Below are positions 25,312-33,278 of a stretch of 34,504 nucleotides of DNA, piece after piece. Source of the DNA: Candidatus Limnocylindria bacterium (GTDB taxonomy: Bacteria > Chloroflexota > Limnocylindria > QHBO01). Within the stretch, counting starts at the first letter, position 1, and every line of letters starts with the position of its first letter. Made by a program: the position numbers and the translations under genes. The notes beneath the pieces were generated by a model. It made no database searches and was not told the DNA's origin. It was given only the letters and a program-made list of their open reading frames with translations. The stretch lies in assembly GCA_050691915.1 (NCBI GenBank), contig JBOGSY010000001.1:1-34504 (forward strand), read 5' to 3'.

Positions 25312-25891
25312 GCAGGATCCAGGCGGTCATCCGGGTCGACCAGCGGACCGTGCCGCCCACCAGGTCGTACCCCCACTCCGGGAAGCGGCCGTTGACCAGC
25401 ACCCCGAACCACAGGACCAAGTAGCTGAGCGCCACCGCGATGCCCAGCACCCAGACGATGATGGCGTGGGGGATTGCCAGGATCGCCCGGGCCGCGATCC
25501 CCAGCAACGGAATGCCCCACAGCCGGTTGAGCCGCTGCCCCTCGTCGAAGGTCACGTCGACCGGGTAGCCGCCCGGCCGGGCGCTGAACGGCGGATAGGG
25601 GGCGGCCATCAGCCCGACGTAGGCCTGGACCCGCACCGTCCAGCGCAGGTAGCCGCCGATGATCTCGTAGCCCCAGCGCGGGTACTCACCGCGGGTGAGG
25701 ACCCCGAACCAGGTGATCAGGGTGACCAGCGCGACGACGATGGCGTAGAACCAGAGCACGATGAAATGCGGGATGGCGAGCAGCGCGCGGGCCATGATCC
25801 CGAAGATCGGGATGCCCCACAGCTGGTTGATCCGCTGCCCGCGATCGATCGCGAGGCGGACGGGATAGGGAGGCTGGGTTGCGGGGTCCAT
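25271..25891 (-). CDS. DUF4389-like integral membrane protein, internally duplicated (two ~100-aa repeats)
   Basis: Repeat 1 is PYPVRLAIDRGQRINQLWGIPIFGIMARALLAIPHFIV...GEYPRWGYEIIGGYLRWTVRVQAYVGLMAAPYPPF. Repeat 2 is GYPVDVTFDEGQRLNRLWGIPLLGIAARAILAIPHAII...GRFPEWGYDLVGGTVRWSTRMTAWILLMAGPYPPF. The 3' end overlaps the convergent sirtuin gene by 41 nt. Confidence 0.75.
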   Translation of the reverse strand: MDPATQPPYPVRLAIDRGQRINQLWGIPIFGIMARALLAIPHFIVLWFYAIVVALVTLITWFGVLTRGEYPRWGYEIIGGYLRWTVRVQAYVGLMAAPYPPFSARPGGYPVDVTFDEGQRLNRLWGIPLLGIAARAILAIPHAIIVWVLGIAVALSYLVLWFGVLVNGRFPEWGYDLVGGTVRWSTRMTAWILLMAGPYPPFRLDD

Positions 25892-26042
25892 GCGCGCGGC
25901 TCTCCTCTGCGACGGGCCGGCGGGTCTCGGGTCCCGCAGTGCGCCCAGCGGAGGATACGTCGCAAGCCGGCTCGGCCGCCGGCCGGAGCCGCGACCGCGT
26001 TCGTCAGGAACGGTGTCGCGGCCGGGGCGCTAGCATCGGCGG

Positions 26043-26597
26043 ATGGGCGACGCCGGTGCCTCCGACCCCAAAACGCAGATCCGCTCCGAGCGGCTGGAGC
26101 TGCCGCTGCTGAGCCCGGCACAGCTCGAGCGGGTGGCCGGCGGGGACGTCGCGAGGCTGGCGGTGGAGCTGAATGCCGCCATCTCCGACGAGTGGCTGGA
26201 GGAGGTCCGCTGGCTGGCAGGCATGCGCGCGCGGCAGGTCGCCGAGCGCCCGTCGGACGCTCCCTGGCTGCTACGGGCCGTCGTTCGCGCCGAACCGGGG
26301 CAGGCCCGCGAGGCGATCGGCCACCTCAACTTCCACGCCGGGCCCGATGACCGGGGCATGGTGGAGATCGGGTACACCCTGCTGCCCGCGGCGCGAGGCC
26401 GGGGCTATGCCATCGAGGCGGTGCGCGCTGCCTTCGGCTGGGCCACCCGGGTCCACGGGGTGCGCCACTTCCGAGCCAGCGTGGCTCCGGACAACGAGCG
26501 CTCGCTCAACCTGATCGGCAAGCTCGGCTTCGTACGCACCGGCGAGCAGTGGGACCCCGAGGATGGGCTCGAGCTCGTCTTCGAGCTGGAGGCCTGA
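26043..26597 (+). CDS. GNAT-family N-acetyltransferase (RimJ/RimL-like)
   Basis: ERLELPLLSPAQLE..., IGYTLLPAARGRGYAIEAVRAAFGWA (acetyl-CoA binding R/Q-x-x-G-x-G/A motif), NERSLNLIGKLGFVRTGE. Confidence 0.8.
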   Translation: MGDAGASDPKTQIRSERLELPLLSPAQLERVAGGDVARLAVELNAAISDEWLEEVRWLAGMRARQVAERPSDAPWLLRAVVRAEPGQAREAIGHLNFHAGPDDRGMVEIGYTLLPAARGRGYAIEAVRAAFGWATRVHGVRHFRASVAPDNERSLNLIGKLGFVRTGEQWDPEDGLELVFELEA

Positions 26598-26605
26598 AGG
26601 GACCG

Positions 26606-27532
26606 ATGGATCCGGTCCCAGCCCTCACCCTCCGCGACGTGCCGGGCATCCGGGTCGGCCACGCCACCGACCTCGACGGCATGACCGGCTGCACCGTGGT
26701 CCTGGCCCCGGACCGGGCGGTCGCCGGCGTCGAGGTGCGGGGCTCCGCGCCCGGCACCCGCGAGACCGACCTGCTGCGGCCCACCGCCCTGGTCGACCGG
26801 ATCGATGCCGTCTGCCTGGCCGGCGGCTCCGCCTTCGGGCTGGCCGCGGCCGATGGGGTGATGCGCTACCTGGCCGAGCGGGGGGCGGGCTTCGCCACCG
26901 GGCTGCGGCCGGTGCCCATCGTGCCGGCCGCCATCCTGTTCGACCTGGCCGTCGGCTCTCCGGATGCCGCTCCCGGCCCGGAGGCGGGGTACGCGGCGTG
27001 CGTGGCGGCCGAGTCGGGTGACGGCCCGCTGGAGGGGCGCCTGGGCGCCGGTACCGGGGCGACGGTCGGGAAGCTGGCCGGGATGGAGCGATCCAGCCCC
27101 GGGGGCATCGGGTCCGCCGCCCGGCGCCTGGCGGGCGGCGCCACGGTCGGCGCGCTGGCGGTGACCAACGCGGTCGGCAACGTCATCGGCCGTGACGGGC
27201 GGATCCTGGCCGGGATCCGCGACGGGGCAGGCGGCTTTGTGGACGCGACCGGCGCCATGGCCGCGCATGCGCCGCCGGCAGGTGGGAGCACGGTGCTGGT
27301 GGTGGTGGCCACCGATGCGACCATCGACCGGGCCACGGCCCGCAAGCTGGCGGAGCTGGCCCACGACGGCATGGCCCTGGCCGTGGATCCGGTCCACACC
27401 CTGCTCGACGGCGACGTCGCCTTCGTCATGGCGACCTGCCGCGAGCCGGCCCCGGACGGTGTCGCGGCCCAGCTGCGGATGGGGGCCGCCGTGGTCGAGG
27501 TGGTGCGGACGGCCATCGAGCGCAGCGTCTGA
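26606..27532 (+). CDS. Peptidase family S58 / DmpA-like (P1 family aminopeptidase)
   Basis: ATG 26606 is 9 nt after the GNAT stop. ITDVPGIRVGHATD-type N-terminus (LRDVPGIRVGHATDLDGMTGCTVVL), GTRETDLL, LAGGSAFGL, GAGTGATVGK and TVLVVVATDA are characteristic of DmpA/ornithine-acetyltransferase-fold peptidases. Confidence 0.8.
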   Translation: MDPVPALTLRDVPGIRVGHATDLDGMTGCTVVLAPDRAVAGVEVRGSAPGTRETDLLRPTALVDRIDAVCLAGGSAFGLAAADGVMRYLAERGAGFATGLRPVPIVPAAILFDLAVGSPDAAPGPEAGYAACVAAESGDGPLEGRLGAGTGATVGKLAGMERSSPGGIGSAARRLAGGATVGALAVTNAVGNVIGRDGRILAGIRDGAGGFVDATGAMAAHAPPAGGSTVLVVVATDATIDRATARKLAELAHDGMALAVDPVHTLLDGDVAFVMATCREPAPDGVAAQLRMGAAVVEVVRTAIERSV

Positions 27533-27544
27533 CGAAGCGTCAGA
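27528..27544. terminator. Short bidirectional hairpin spanning both convergent stop codons
   Basis: TCTGACG-AAG-CGTCAGA, a 7-bp stem. It contains the TGA of the DmpA-like gene (27530-27532) and the rc TGA of panB (27540-27542). Confidence 0.4.
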
Positions 27545-28463
27545 TCCAGTCGTCGCCGGCCAGGACCGCCGGTGCAACCTCCGACTCGAACAGCGCGAGC
27601 TCCGCGTCGCTGATGGCGTAGGTGTGCTCCTCCGCCGGGTAGGTGCCGGCCCGCACCTCGGCGGCGAAGGCCTCCACCCCGCTCCGGATCTCGGCGGCGA
27701 CGGAGGCGAAGCGCCTCACGAACTTCGGCGCCCGTCCCTCGTTGATGCCCAGCAGGTCGTGCCAGACGAGCACCTGGCCGGAGCAGTCCGCTCCCGCCCC
27801 GATCCCGATGGTCGGGATCCGCAGCGCCTCGGTGATCCGGGCCGCCACCCGGGCCGGCACGGCCTCGAGGACCAGGGCAAAGCAGCCGGCGGCCTGCAGG
27901 GCCAGGGCATCGGCGTACAGCTGGCGCGCCTTGGCCGCCGTCCGGCCCTGGGCCTTGTATCCTCCCAGCGCGGTGGCCGACTGTGGCGTCAGGCCGATGT
28001 GGCCCATGACCGGGATCCCGGCTCCCACGATGGCGCGAGCGCGCGAGGACATCGGTCCGGCGCCCTCCAGCTTCACTGCTTCGGCGCCGGTCTCCTTGAC
28101 CAGGCGCACGGCGTTGCGCACCGCATCCTCGTCGCTGACCTGGAACGCGCCGAGCGGCATGTCGACCATGAAGAAGGCCCGATGCGTCCCCCGCCGTGCG
28201 GCACGGGCCAGCATCACCATCTCGTCCATGCTGATGGGGGTGGTGTCCACGTAGCCCAGCACGTTGTTGGCTGCCGAGTCGCCGACGAACACGATGTCCA
28301 CGCCGGACTCGTCCGCCAGGCGAGCGCTGGGCGCGTCGTAGGCGGTGACCATCACGATCGGGGTGCCGTCACGCTTCAAGGCGGCGAGCTCGGCAAGCCC
28401 GATCCTGGCGGCGCCCCCCTGATCCCGGTTGGCCATGGGGCCATTGTGACAGCGCGCGGTCAT
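27540..28463 (-). CDS. panB: 3-methyl-2-oxobutanoate hydroxymethyltransferase (ketopantoate hydroxymethyltransferase)
   Basis: IVMVTAYDAPSARLADESGVDIVFVGDSAANNVLGY, MVDMPLGAFQ, AVKLEGA, PVMGHIGLTPQS, LVLEAVP and PTIGIGAG are canonical PanB motifs. An alternative start is ATG 28436. Confidence 0.92.
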   Translation of the reverse strand: MTARCHNGPMANRDQGGAARIGLAELAALKRDGTPIVMVTAYDAPSARLADESGVDIVFVGDSAANNVLGYVDTTPISMDEMVMLARAARRGTHRAFFMVDMPLGAFQVSDEDAVRNAVRLVKETGAEAVKLEGAGPMSSRARAIVGAGIPVMGHIGLTPQSATALGGYKAQGRTAAKARQLYADALALQAAGCFALVLEAVPARVAARITEALRIPTIGIGAGADCSGQVLVWHDLLGINEGRAPKFVRRFASVAAEIRSGVEAFAAEVRAGTYPAEEHTYAISDAELALFESEVAPAVLAGDDWI

Positions 28464-28521
28464 GGATGGAATCCCGAGTCGCGGCCCGGACTCCTCGGCC
28501 CGCGGGGACGGGTTCGAGCGG

Positions 28522-29955
28522 TTACTCCACCAGCCCGTAGCTGGTGGGCCGCGCGAAGTCCTCGTCGCGGAAGTAGAAGGTGAAGCTGGAGTTACCGCGG
28601 AACTCGAGGTCCCAACTGATGAACTGCAGCGTCAGGTTGGTGCTCCCGCCAGAACCGCCTGCGCCGCCACCCATCGCCACCCGGGCCGACGGCGCGTAGA
28701 CCGTCCCGCTGATGTCGACCGAGCCGCCGCCGCTGAGCGCGACCTCGGGCTGCTCGTAGCTGGCGCTGGGGAGGGGGAGGGCATCCTGCCACAGGAGCAG
28801 GTTGTCGTAGTCGCTGACACCCCCGGCCTGGGCGGTCGGATTGTAGGCGCGCAGCTTCAGCGTGGCGCCCGCCCCAATCGTCACCGGACCCATGGCCGTG
28901 GTGGCGCCCTTCGCATTGAAGATCAGCACGCCGCAGCTTCCGGTCGGACAATCGACACCCCAGGTCAGCGGAGTGGTGATCAGGACGCCGGTCCGCACCG
29001 AGTAGACGGATGCCTGCGCGCCGACGTCGAACCCGCCGCCCCGCATGACGTAGATGCCAGGCTGCAGGAGCGCGGTCGAGCTGTTCTTCAGCTGGATGCC
29101 ACCCTGGTAGACCCCGGGCTGCAGGACGAGCAGCTGGTTGTTCAGGGTGAGCTTCGAGCTGCTGCGGACCGGCAAACTGGCGATGTCGATGGGAGGCAGT
29201 CCGGCCAGCGGGTCCTTGGTGGGAGCAACCCCCGTGACGGGGGCCGGGGTGATGGTCAGCGCGGCCGGCGAATAGCCGCCCACCACGCGAAGCTTGGCTG
29301 ATCCCAGCAGCGTGAGTTTCGACGCGTTCCCGTTGGTGGCCAACCCGCCGCCACTGCTGGCCGGGCACGCCGAGTTGATCTGGACCGATCCCTCGAGGGT
29401 GACCGTTGGTCCGCCCGAGAGCAGCAGCGATGGGCAGCCACGCCGTCCGTTCGGCCACGACGGGTTATGCGGGTCGAGCTCCAAGATCGCATAGTTCGTG
29501 CCGCTGATCTGCCCATTCACCGCCACGCTCCGGGAATGGACCTGGAGCGGCCCGCCCATCAGCCCGCTGAAGAAGCGCGGAGCCTGGGTGTCGATCTCGA
29601 CGCTGACGGCCCAGTCGCCATAGCCCGTGGCGCAGGTGATGACCGCGTCCAATGGGTCGAACCAGCTGAGATTGGCGGCCAGGCTGTCGCGCGCCGCAAG
29701 GTCGACCGAGGCGCGGGGCACGGCGCCGTCGACGGTCCCGCTGCAGCCGCGGGGCGTGCCGACGTGGATCACGTTGGCCGCTGCCAGCGCCGCCGCGTCG
29801 CCCGCGTCCTGGAGCTGCCGGCGGCGCACCAGCGCGCTGCCGCCGTCGAACAGCACGGCCAGGAACATCAGCAGGACGATGAAGGCGACGGCCACGATCG
29901 CGATGATCTGGCCACTCTCGTGATGATCGGCCCGACGGCGCATCCAGCCGGCCAT
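28522..29955 (-). CDS. tadG: TadG-like protein (Flp pilus-assembly TadG-like N-terminal domain + about 400-aa extracellular region)
   Basis: N-terminus GQIIAIVAVAFIVLLMFLAVLFDGGSALVRRRQLQDAGDAAALAAANV matches the TadG-like (Pfam Tad/PF13400-type) signature. The start overlaps the upstream tadE-like stop (ATGA). Confidence 0.7.
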   Translation of the reverse strand: MAGWMRRRADHHESGQIIAIVAVAFIVLLMFLAVLFDGGSALVRRRQLQDAGDAAALAAANVIHVGTPRGCSGTVDGAVPRASVDLAARDSLAANLSWFDPLDAVITCATGYGDWAVSVEIDTQAPRFFSGLMGGPLQVHSRSVAVNGQISGTNYAILELDPHNPSWPNGRRGCPSLLLSGGPTVTLEGSVQINSACPASSGGGLATNGNASKLTLLGSAKLRVVGGYSPAALTITPAPVTGVAPTKDPLAGLPPIDIASLPVRSSSKLTLNNQLLVLQPGVYQGGIQLKNSSTALLQPGIYVMRGGGFDVGAQASVYSVRTGVLITTPLTWGVDCPTGSCGVLIFNAKGATTAMGPVTIGAGATLKLRAYNPTAQAGGVSDYDNLLLWQDALPLPSASYEQPEVALSGGGSVDISGTVYAPSARVAMGGGAGGSGGSTNLTLQFISWDLEFRGNSSFTFYFRDEDFARPTSYGLVE

Positions 29956-30488
29956 CAGCTGTTCACCGTCATCGTCGCAGTGCTCGAGACACCGAAGGCC
30001 GACATGCCGATCAGGCCGCCGGCGGCCATCGACACGATACTGCGCACGGTGACCGTGACCGGCGTCCCGCGAGAGTTATCCGCGTCCAGGAGATCGTCGT
30101 CGCCGGTGCAGCCGGCGCCGTAGCAGACCTGGACGATGACGGATGACCCGGCGGAGATCGCCCAACGGCGCGCGACCTCGCGGATCGCATCCTTGGATGG
30201 TGCCGGATGCGGGCAATCCGCCGTCGGCGCGGGCGGGACGTAGCTCTCTAGAGCCGGTGGGCCGGACGGGCAGAGATCCGTGGCACCGCCACCGTGGACG
30301 ATCGCGTAGCGGGCGGCCTCACGTGCGGCCGCGCTGATCGTGTCGTTGGCGAGCACCACCCGCCCGATGTCGAGCGTTCCCACCAGCATCAGCAACAGGA
30401 CCGGAAGGACGATGGTGAACTCGACCAGCGACTGGCCACGCGCGGACGTGTGGCCGAGGCGTCGCCGGCTGGTCGACTGGCTGCGCAT
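29955..30488 (-). CDS. tadE: TadE-like pseudopilin-type protein
   Basis: Preferred start ATG 30488 (MRSQSTSRRRLGHTSARGQSLVEFTIVLPVLLLMLVGTLDIGRVV). The G-Q-x-L-V-E-F motif plus a hydrophobic helix is the TadE-like N-terminal domain. It starts 5 nt after the upstream gene's stop. Confidence 0.75.
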   Translation of the reverse strand: MRSQSTSRRRLGHTSARGQSLVEFTIVLPVLLLMLVGTLDIGRVVLANDTISAAAREAARYAIVHGGGATDLCPSGPPALESYVPPAPTADCPHPAPSKDAIREVARRWAISAGSSVIVQVCYGAGCTGDDDLLDADNSRGTPVTVTVRSIVSMAAGGLIGMSAFGVSSTATMTVNS

Positions 30489-30493
30489 CGTGG

Positions 30494-30988
30494 TCACCGC
30501 CCCTGGATCACGCTGTACGACTGGGTCGTCGTGAGGGTCCATTGCCCACCTTCGAGGAAGGGCCATGGGATGAGGAGCTGGAAGTCGAGCTCGGACCGCA
30601 CCGTGGCACTCGCCAGCGGGTAGGCGGCCGACGCACCGGGCGCCGTGGTGCTGTGCGCGAACGAGGTCAGGCTGACCCCCGGCGCCGTGCAGCTCGCGAT
30701 GTCGTTGCCCGGCCCGGGCACGAATCCGGGGAGGTCCTGCGTCTCGGTGCAGACCACCCGGAGCGCCTCAGCCTGGGCTCCGGCATTGTCCACGCTCAGT
30801 GTTGCCGCGGCCTCGGCGGCGCTGCGCGTGGCGGACTGCAGCGTCACCGACGCCTGGTAGACCCGCGCGAAGTCGATGACTCCGCCGGTCATCCCGGCGA
30901 GCAGGGGGAGGACGATGGCGAACTCGACCAGGGCCTGTCCCCGCAGGCCCTGGCGCCGCTTCATTAGCGCCCGCATCAGCGCTGACAT
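30494..30988 (-). CDS. tadE: TadE-like pseudopilin-type protein
   Basis: Preferred start ATG 30988 (MSALMRALMKRRQGLRGQALVEFAIVLPLLAGMTGGVIDFARVY), carrying the same TadE-like N-terminal signature. Confidence 0.75.
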   Translation of the reverse strand: MSALMRALMKRRQGLRGQALVEFAIVLPLLAGMTGGVIDFARVYQASVTLQSATRSAAEAAATLSVDNAGAQAEALRVVCTETQDLPGFVPGPGNDIASCTAPGVSLTSFAHSTTAPGASAAYPLASATVRSELDFQLLIPWPFLEGGQWTLTTTQSYSVIQGR

Positions 30989-31165
30989 GCTTGCTGCCTC
31001 TGGTGGTGATGAACTCGGATTCGATGACAGGGTAGGGGTCAGCCGCGGATGCCCCAATCGGACCATCGGCCTACCGGTACTGTCGGCTTGCAGGGGAGTC
31101 GCCGAGCTGATGCGCGGCCCCGGCGCTGGAGGCAGGACCCCCCGTACTTTTGGTCCTGGCGCCCG

Positions 31166-31972
31166 CTACTCCGTCCCGATCCGCACGTTGTCGATCAGGC
31201 GCGTGCCGCCGACCCGTACCGCGGCCGCCAGGGTGGGCCCATCCAGATCGGCCAGTGCGACGTACTCGAGGCTGAGCCGTGGCTCGGCGCCCAGTGCCGC
31301 GCGCGCCGTCGCCTCCGGATCGCCACCGGCGAGGTGAGCGGCCAGGCCCGCCTGCAGGGCGCGGGGCAGGGCCAGGGCGACCTCCCGGTCCGCCGCCGAG
31401 AGATAGGTGTTGCGCGAGGAGCTGGCCAGCCCGTCGGCGTCCCGGACGGTGGGCACCGCCACGATGTCGAGCGGCAGCCCCAGGTCGCGGACGACCTGCC
31501 GGACCACGGCGACCTGCTGGGCGTCCTTGCGCCCGAAGTAGGCGCGTGCCGGCTGGACCAGCGAGAAGAGCCGGGTGCAGACCGTGGCGACGCCCCGGAA
31601 GTGGCCCGGCCGGACCGCGCCCTCCAGGATGGTCGCCAGCGCACCGGGATCCACCCAGGTGTCGAAGCCGGGCGGGTACATCTCCGCGGCCGGCGGGGCG
31701 AACAGGATGTCGACTCCCTCCGCGGCGGCCAGCTCGGCATCGCGCGCCTCGTCGCGCGGGTAGCGGGCCAGGTCCTCGGTCGGGCCGAACTGTGCGGGGT
31801 TGAGGAACAGGCTGACGACCACCACCCCGTCGCCGGCCCGGGCCGTACGGATGAGCGCCAGGTGCCCGTCGTGGAAGGCGCCCATGGTCGGCACCAGGCC
31901 GACCTGGCGGCGTGATGCGTGGGCGGGCGCCAGCGCGTCGCGGAGCTCGGCCACGGTGCGGATGGTCCTCAC
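31166..31972 (-). CDS. panC: Pantoate--beta-alanine ligase (pantothenate synthetase)
   Basis: GLVPTMGAFHDGHLALI (HIGH-type motif), VVSLFLNPAQFGP, RPGHFRGVATVCTRLF, YFGRKDAQQ and SSRN are canonical PanC motifs. The GTG start overlaps the upstream stop (GTGA). Confidence 0.92.
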   Translation of the reverse strand: MRTIRTVAELRDALAPAHASRRQVGLVPTMGAFHDGHLALIRTARAGDGVVVVSLFLNPAQFGPTEDLARYPRDEARDAELAAAEGVDILFAPPAAEMYPPGFDTWVDPGALATILEGAVRPGHFRGVATVCTRLFSLVQPARAYFGRKDAQQVAVVRQVVRDLGLPLDIVAVPTVRDADGLASSSRNTYLSAADREVALALPRALQAGLAAHLAGGDPEATARAALGAEPRLSLEYVALADLDGPTLAAAVRVGGTRLIDNVRIGTE

Positions 31973-32643
31973 CGGCGCGTTGCCTCGGCCAGCGCGCGGT
32001 AGAGCGGCACCAGGTCCGGGGCGCGTTCCTCCAGCGCCCGGAGGTGGGCCTCGACCGTCGACCAGTCGCCGCGGGCGATCGGCCCGGTCAGGACGAAGCC
32101 GTTCTCGATGGTGCGCTCCATGAGCGGGACCAGCGCCTCGGGCGGCACGCCGGTCGCCTCCATCAACCGCGCGGCGGTCCGGTACAGGGTGACCAGGAAG
32201 TTGGAGGCGATGGCCGCCCCGGCGTGATAGAGCGGCTTGTCGGTGTCGGCCAGCGGGAAGGGACGCAGTGCCAGGGCCTCCGCCAGCCAGCGGGCCACGC
32301 CGGCGGCTTCATCGGTCTCGGCGGTGACGGCGGCCCAGGCGCCGTCCAGCTGCTCCGCACCGCGCTCGCGAGAGAGGGTCTGGAGCGGATGCACGCAGAA
32401 GCGCCGGGTGTGAGGATCCAGGGCCGCCAGCGAGGTGGCGCCGCTGACGTGGGCCAGCCAGGGACCGATGGGCAGGCGCCGCGCCACCTCCGCAATGGCC
32501 GCGTCCGGGACGGCCAGCAGCACCAGCTCGGCATCGGCCAGCGCCTCGCGTCCGGCGCGTACCTGGATCCCGCGCTCGGCCAGGCGTGCGGCGATGGCAC
32601 CCCCTGCCCGCCCCGTACCCACCACCCGGACCGTGTCGACCAT
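31969..32643 (-). CDS. Rossmann-fold DUF2520-type oxidoreductase (putative ketopantoate-reductase-like protein commonly found upstream of panC)
   Basis: Start ATG 32643 (MVDTVRVVGTGRAGGAIAARLAERG, GxGxxG). C-terminal PLYHAGAAIASNFLVTLY...TGPIARGD resembles the DUF2520 domain. It is the 3' part of composite track ORF 31969-33342. Confidence 0.7.
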   Translation of the reverse strand: MVDTVRVVGTGRAGGAIAARLAERGIQVRAGREALADAELVLLAVPDAAIAEVARRLPIGPWLAHVSGATSLAALDPHTRRFCVHPLQTLSRERGAEQLDGAWAAVTAETDEAAGVARWLAEALALRPFPLADTDKPLYHAGAAIASNFLVTLYRTAARLMEATGVPPEALVPLMERTIENGFVLTGPIARGDWSTVEAHLRALEERAPDLVPLYRALAEATRR

Positions 32644-32807
32644 GCGGCGGAGTCTGCCACACTGCGATTCGTGCGCACCCTGAGCCTGACCGATGCGCGT
32701 CGCCTGGCGATCGGTCCAGTCGGCCATCCGGGAGCTGGGCGCCTGGCTGGGAGCCGAATCCGTCCTCCTGCCGGACAACCTGCCCGCCCCCTGGGCCCGG
32801 GCGCCGG

Positions 32808-33278
32808 CTACCCCCGGGTCAGGGTGAGCACCACGAAGCCCGCCGCCTCGGTCACCCGGGCCTCCACGTTCCCCTGGGCGAAGCGCTCGTCGCAGGTGCG
32901 CTCGGCCAGCTCGCGGCAGGCCAGCATGGCCGCCGCGCGGTCGTAGACCACGTCCGGACCGTGCAGCAGGTCGCGCAGGTGGGGCAGGTAGCCGAGGCCC
33001 ACCGCCACCTGGTCGGAGGGCAGGCTGAGGACGACCTGCTCGACCGGCACGCCCACCAGGTCCAGCTCGACCCCGTCTTCGGCCCGGCCGAGCTCGTGGT
33101 GCGGGCCGGCGGGCTCGAACGTCATGCCAAAGCCTTCGCCCAGGGCCGCCTTGACCCGCTCGGCCTGCGGGTCGTGCCCGGCATGCGAGCCATCCGCAGC
33201 CGGGCTGGGCGCGGCCGTGAGACATCCCGCCAGCACCAGCAGGCCGGCGAGCCGCGGCAGCGCGCGCATCGGCCTCAT
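32808..33278 (-). CDS. Lipoprotein of unknown function
   Basis: Start ATG 33278 overlaps the upstream gene's stop (ATGA). Signal plus lipobox MRPMRALPRLAGLLVLAGC. It is the 3' part of composite track ORF 32808-33800. Confidence 0.65.
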   Translation of the reverse strand: MRPMRALPRLAGLLVLAGCLTAAPSPAADGSHAGHDPQAERVKAALGEGFGMTFEPAGPHHELGRAEDGVELDLVGVPVEQVVLSLPSDQVAVGLGYLPHLRDLLHGPDVVYDRAAAMLACRELAERTCDERFAQGNVEARVTEAAGFVVLTLTRG

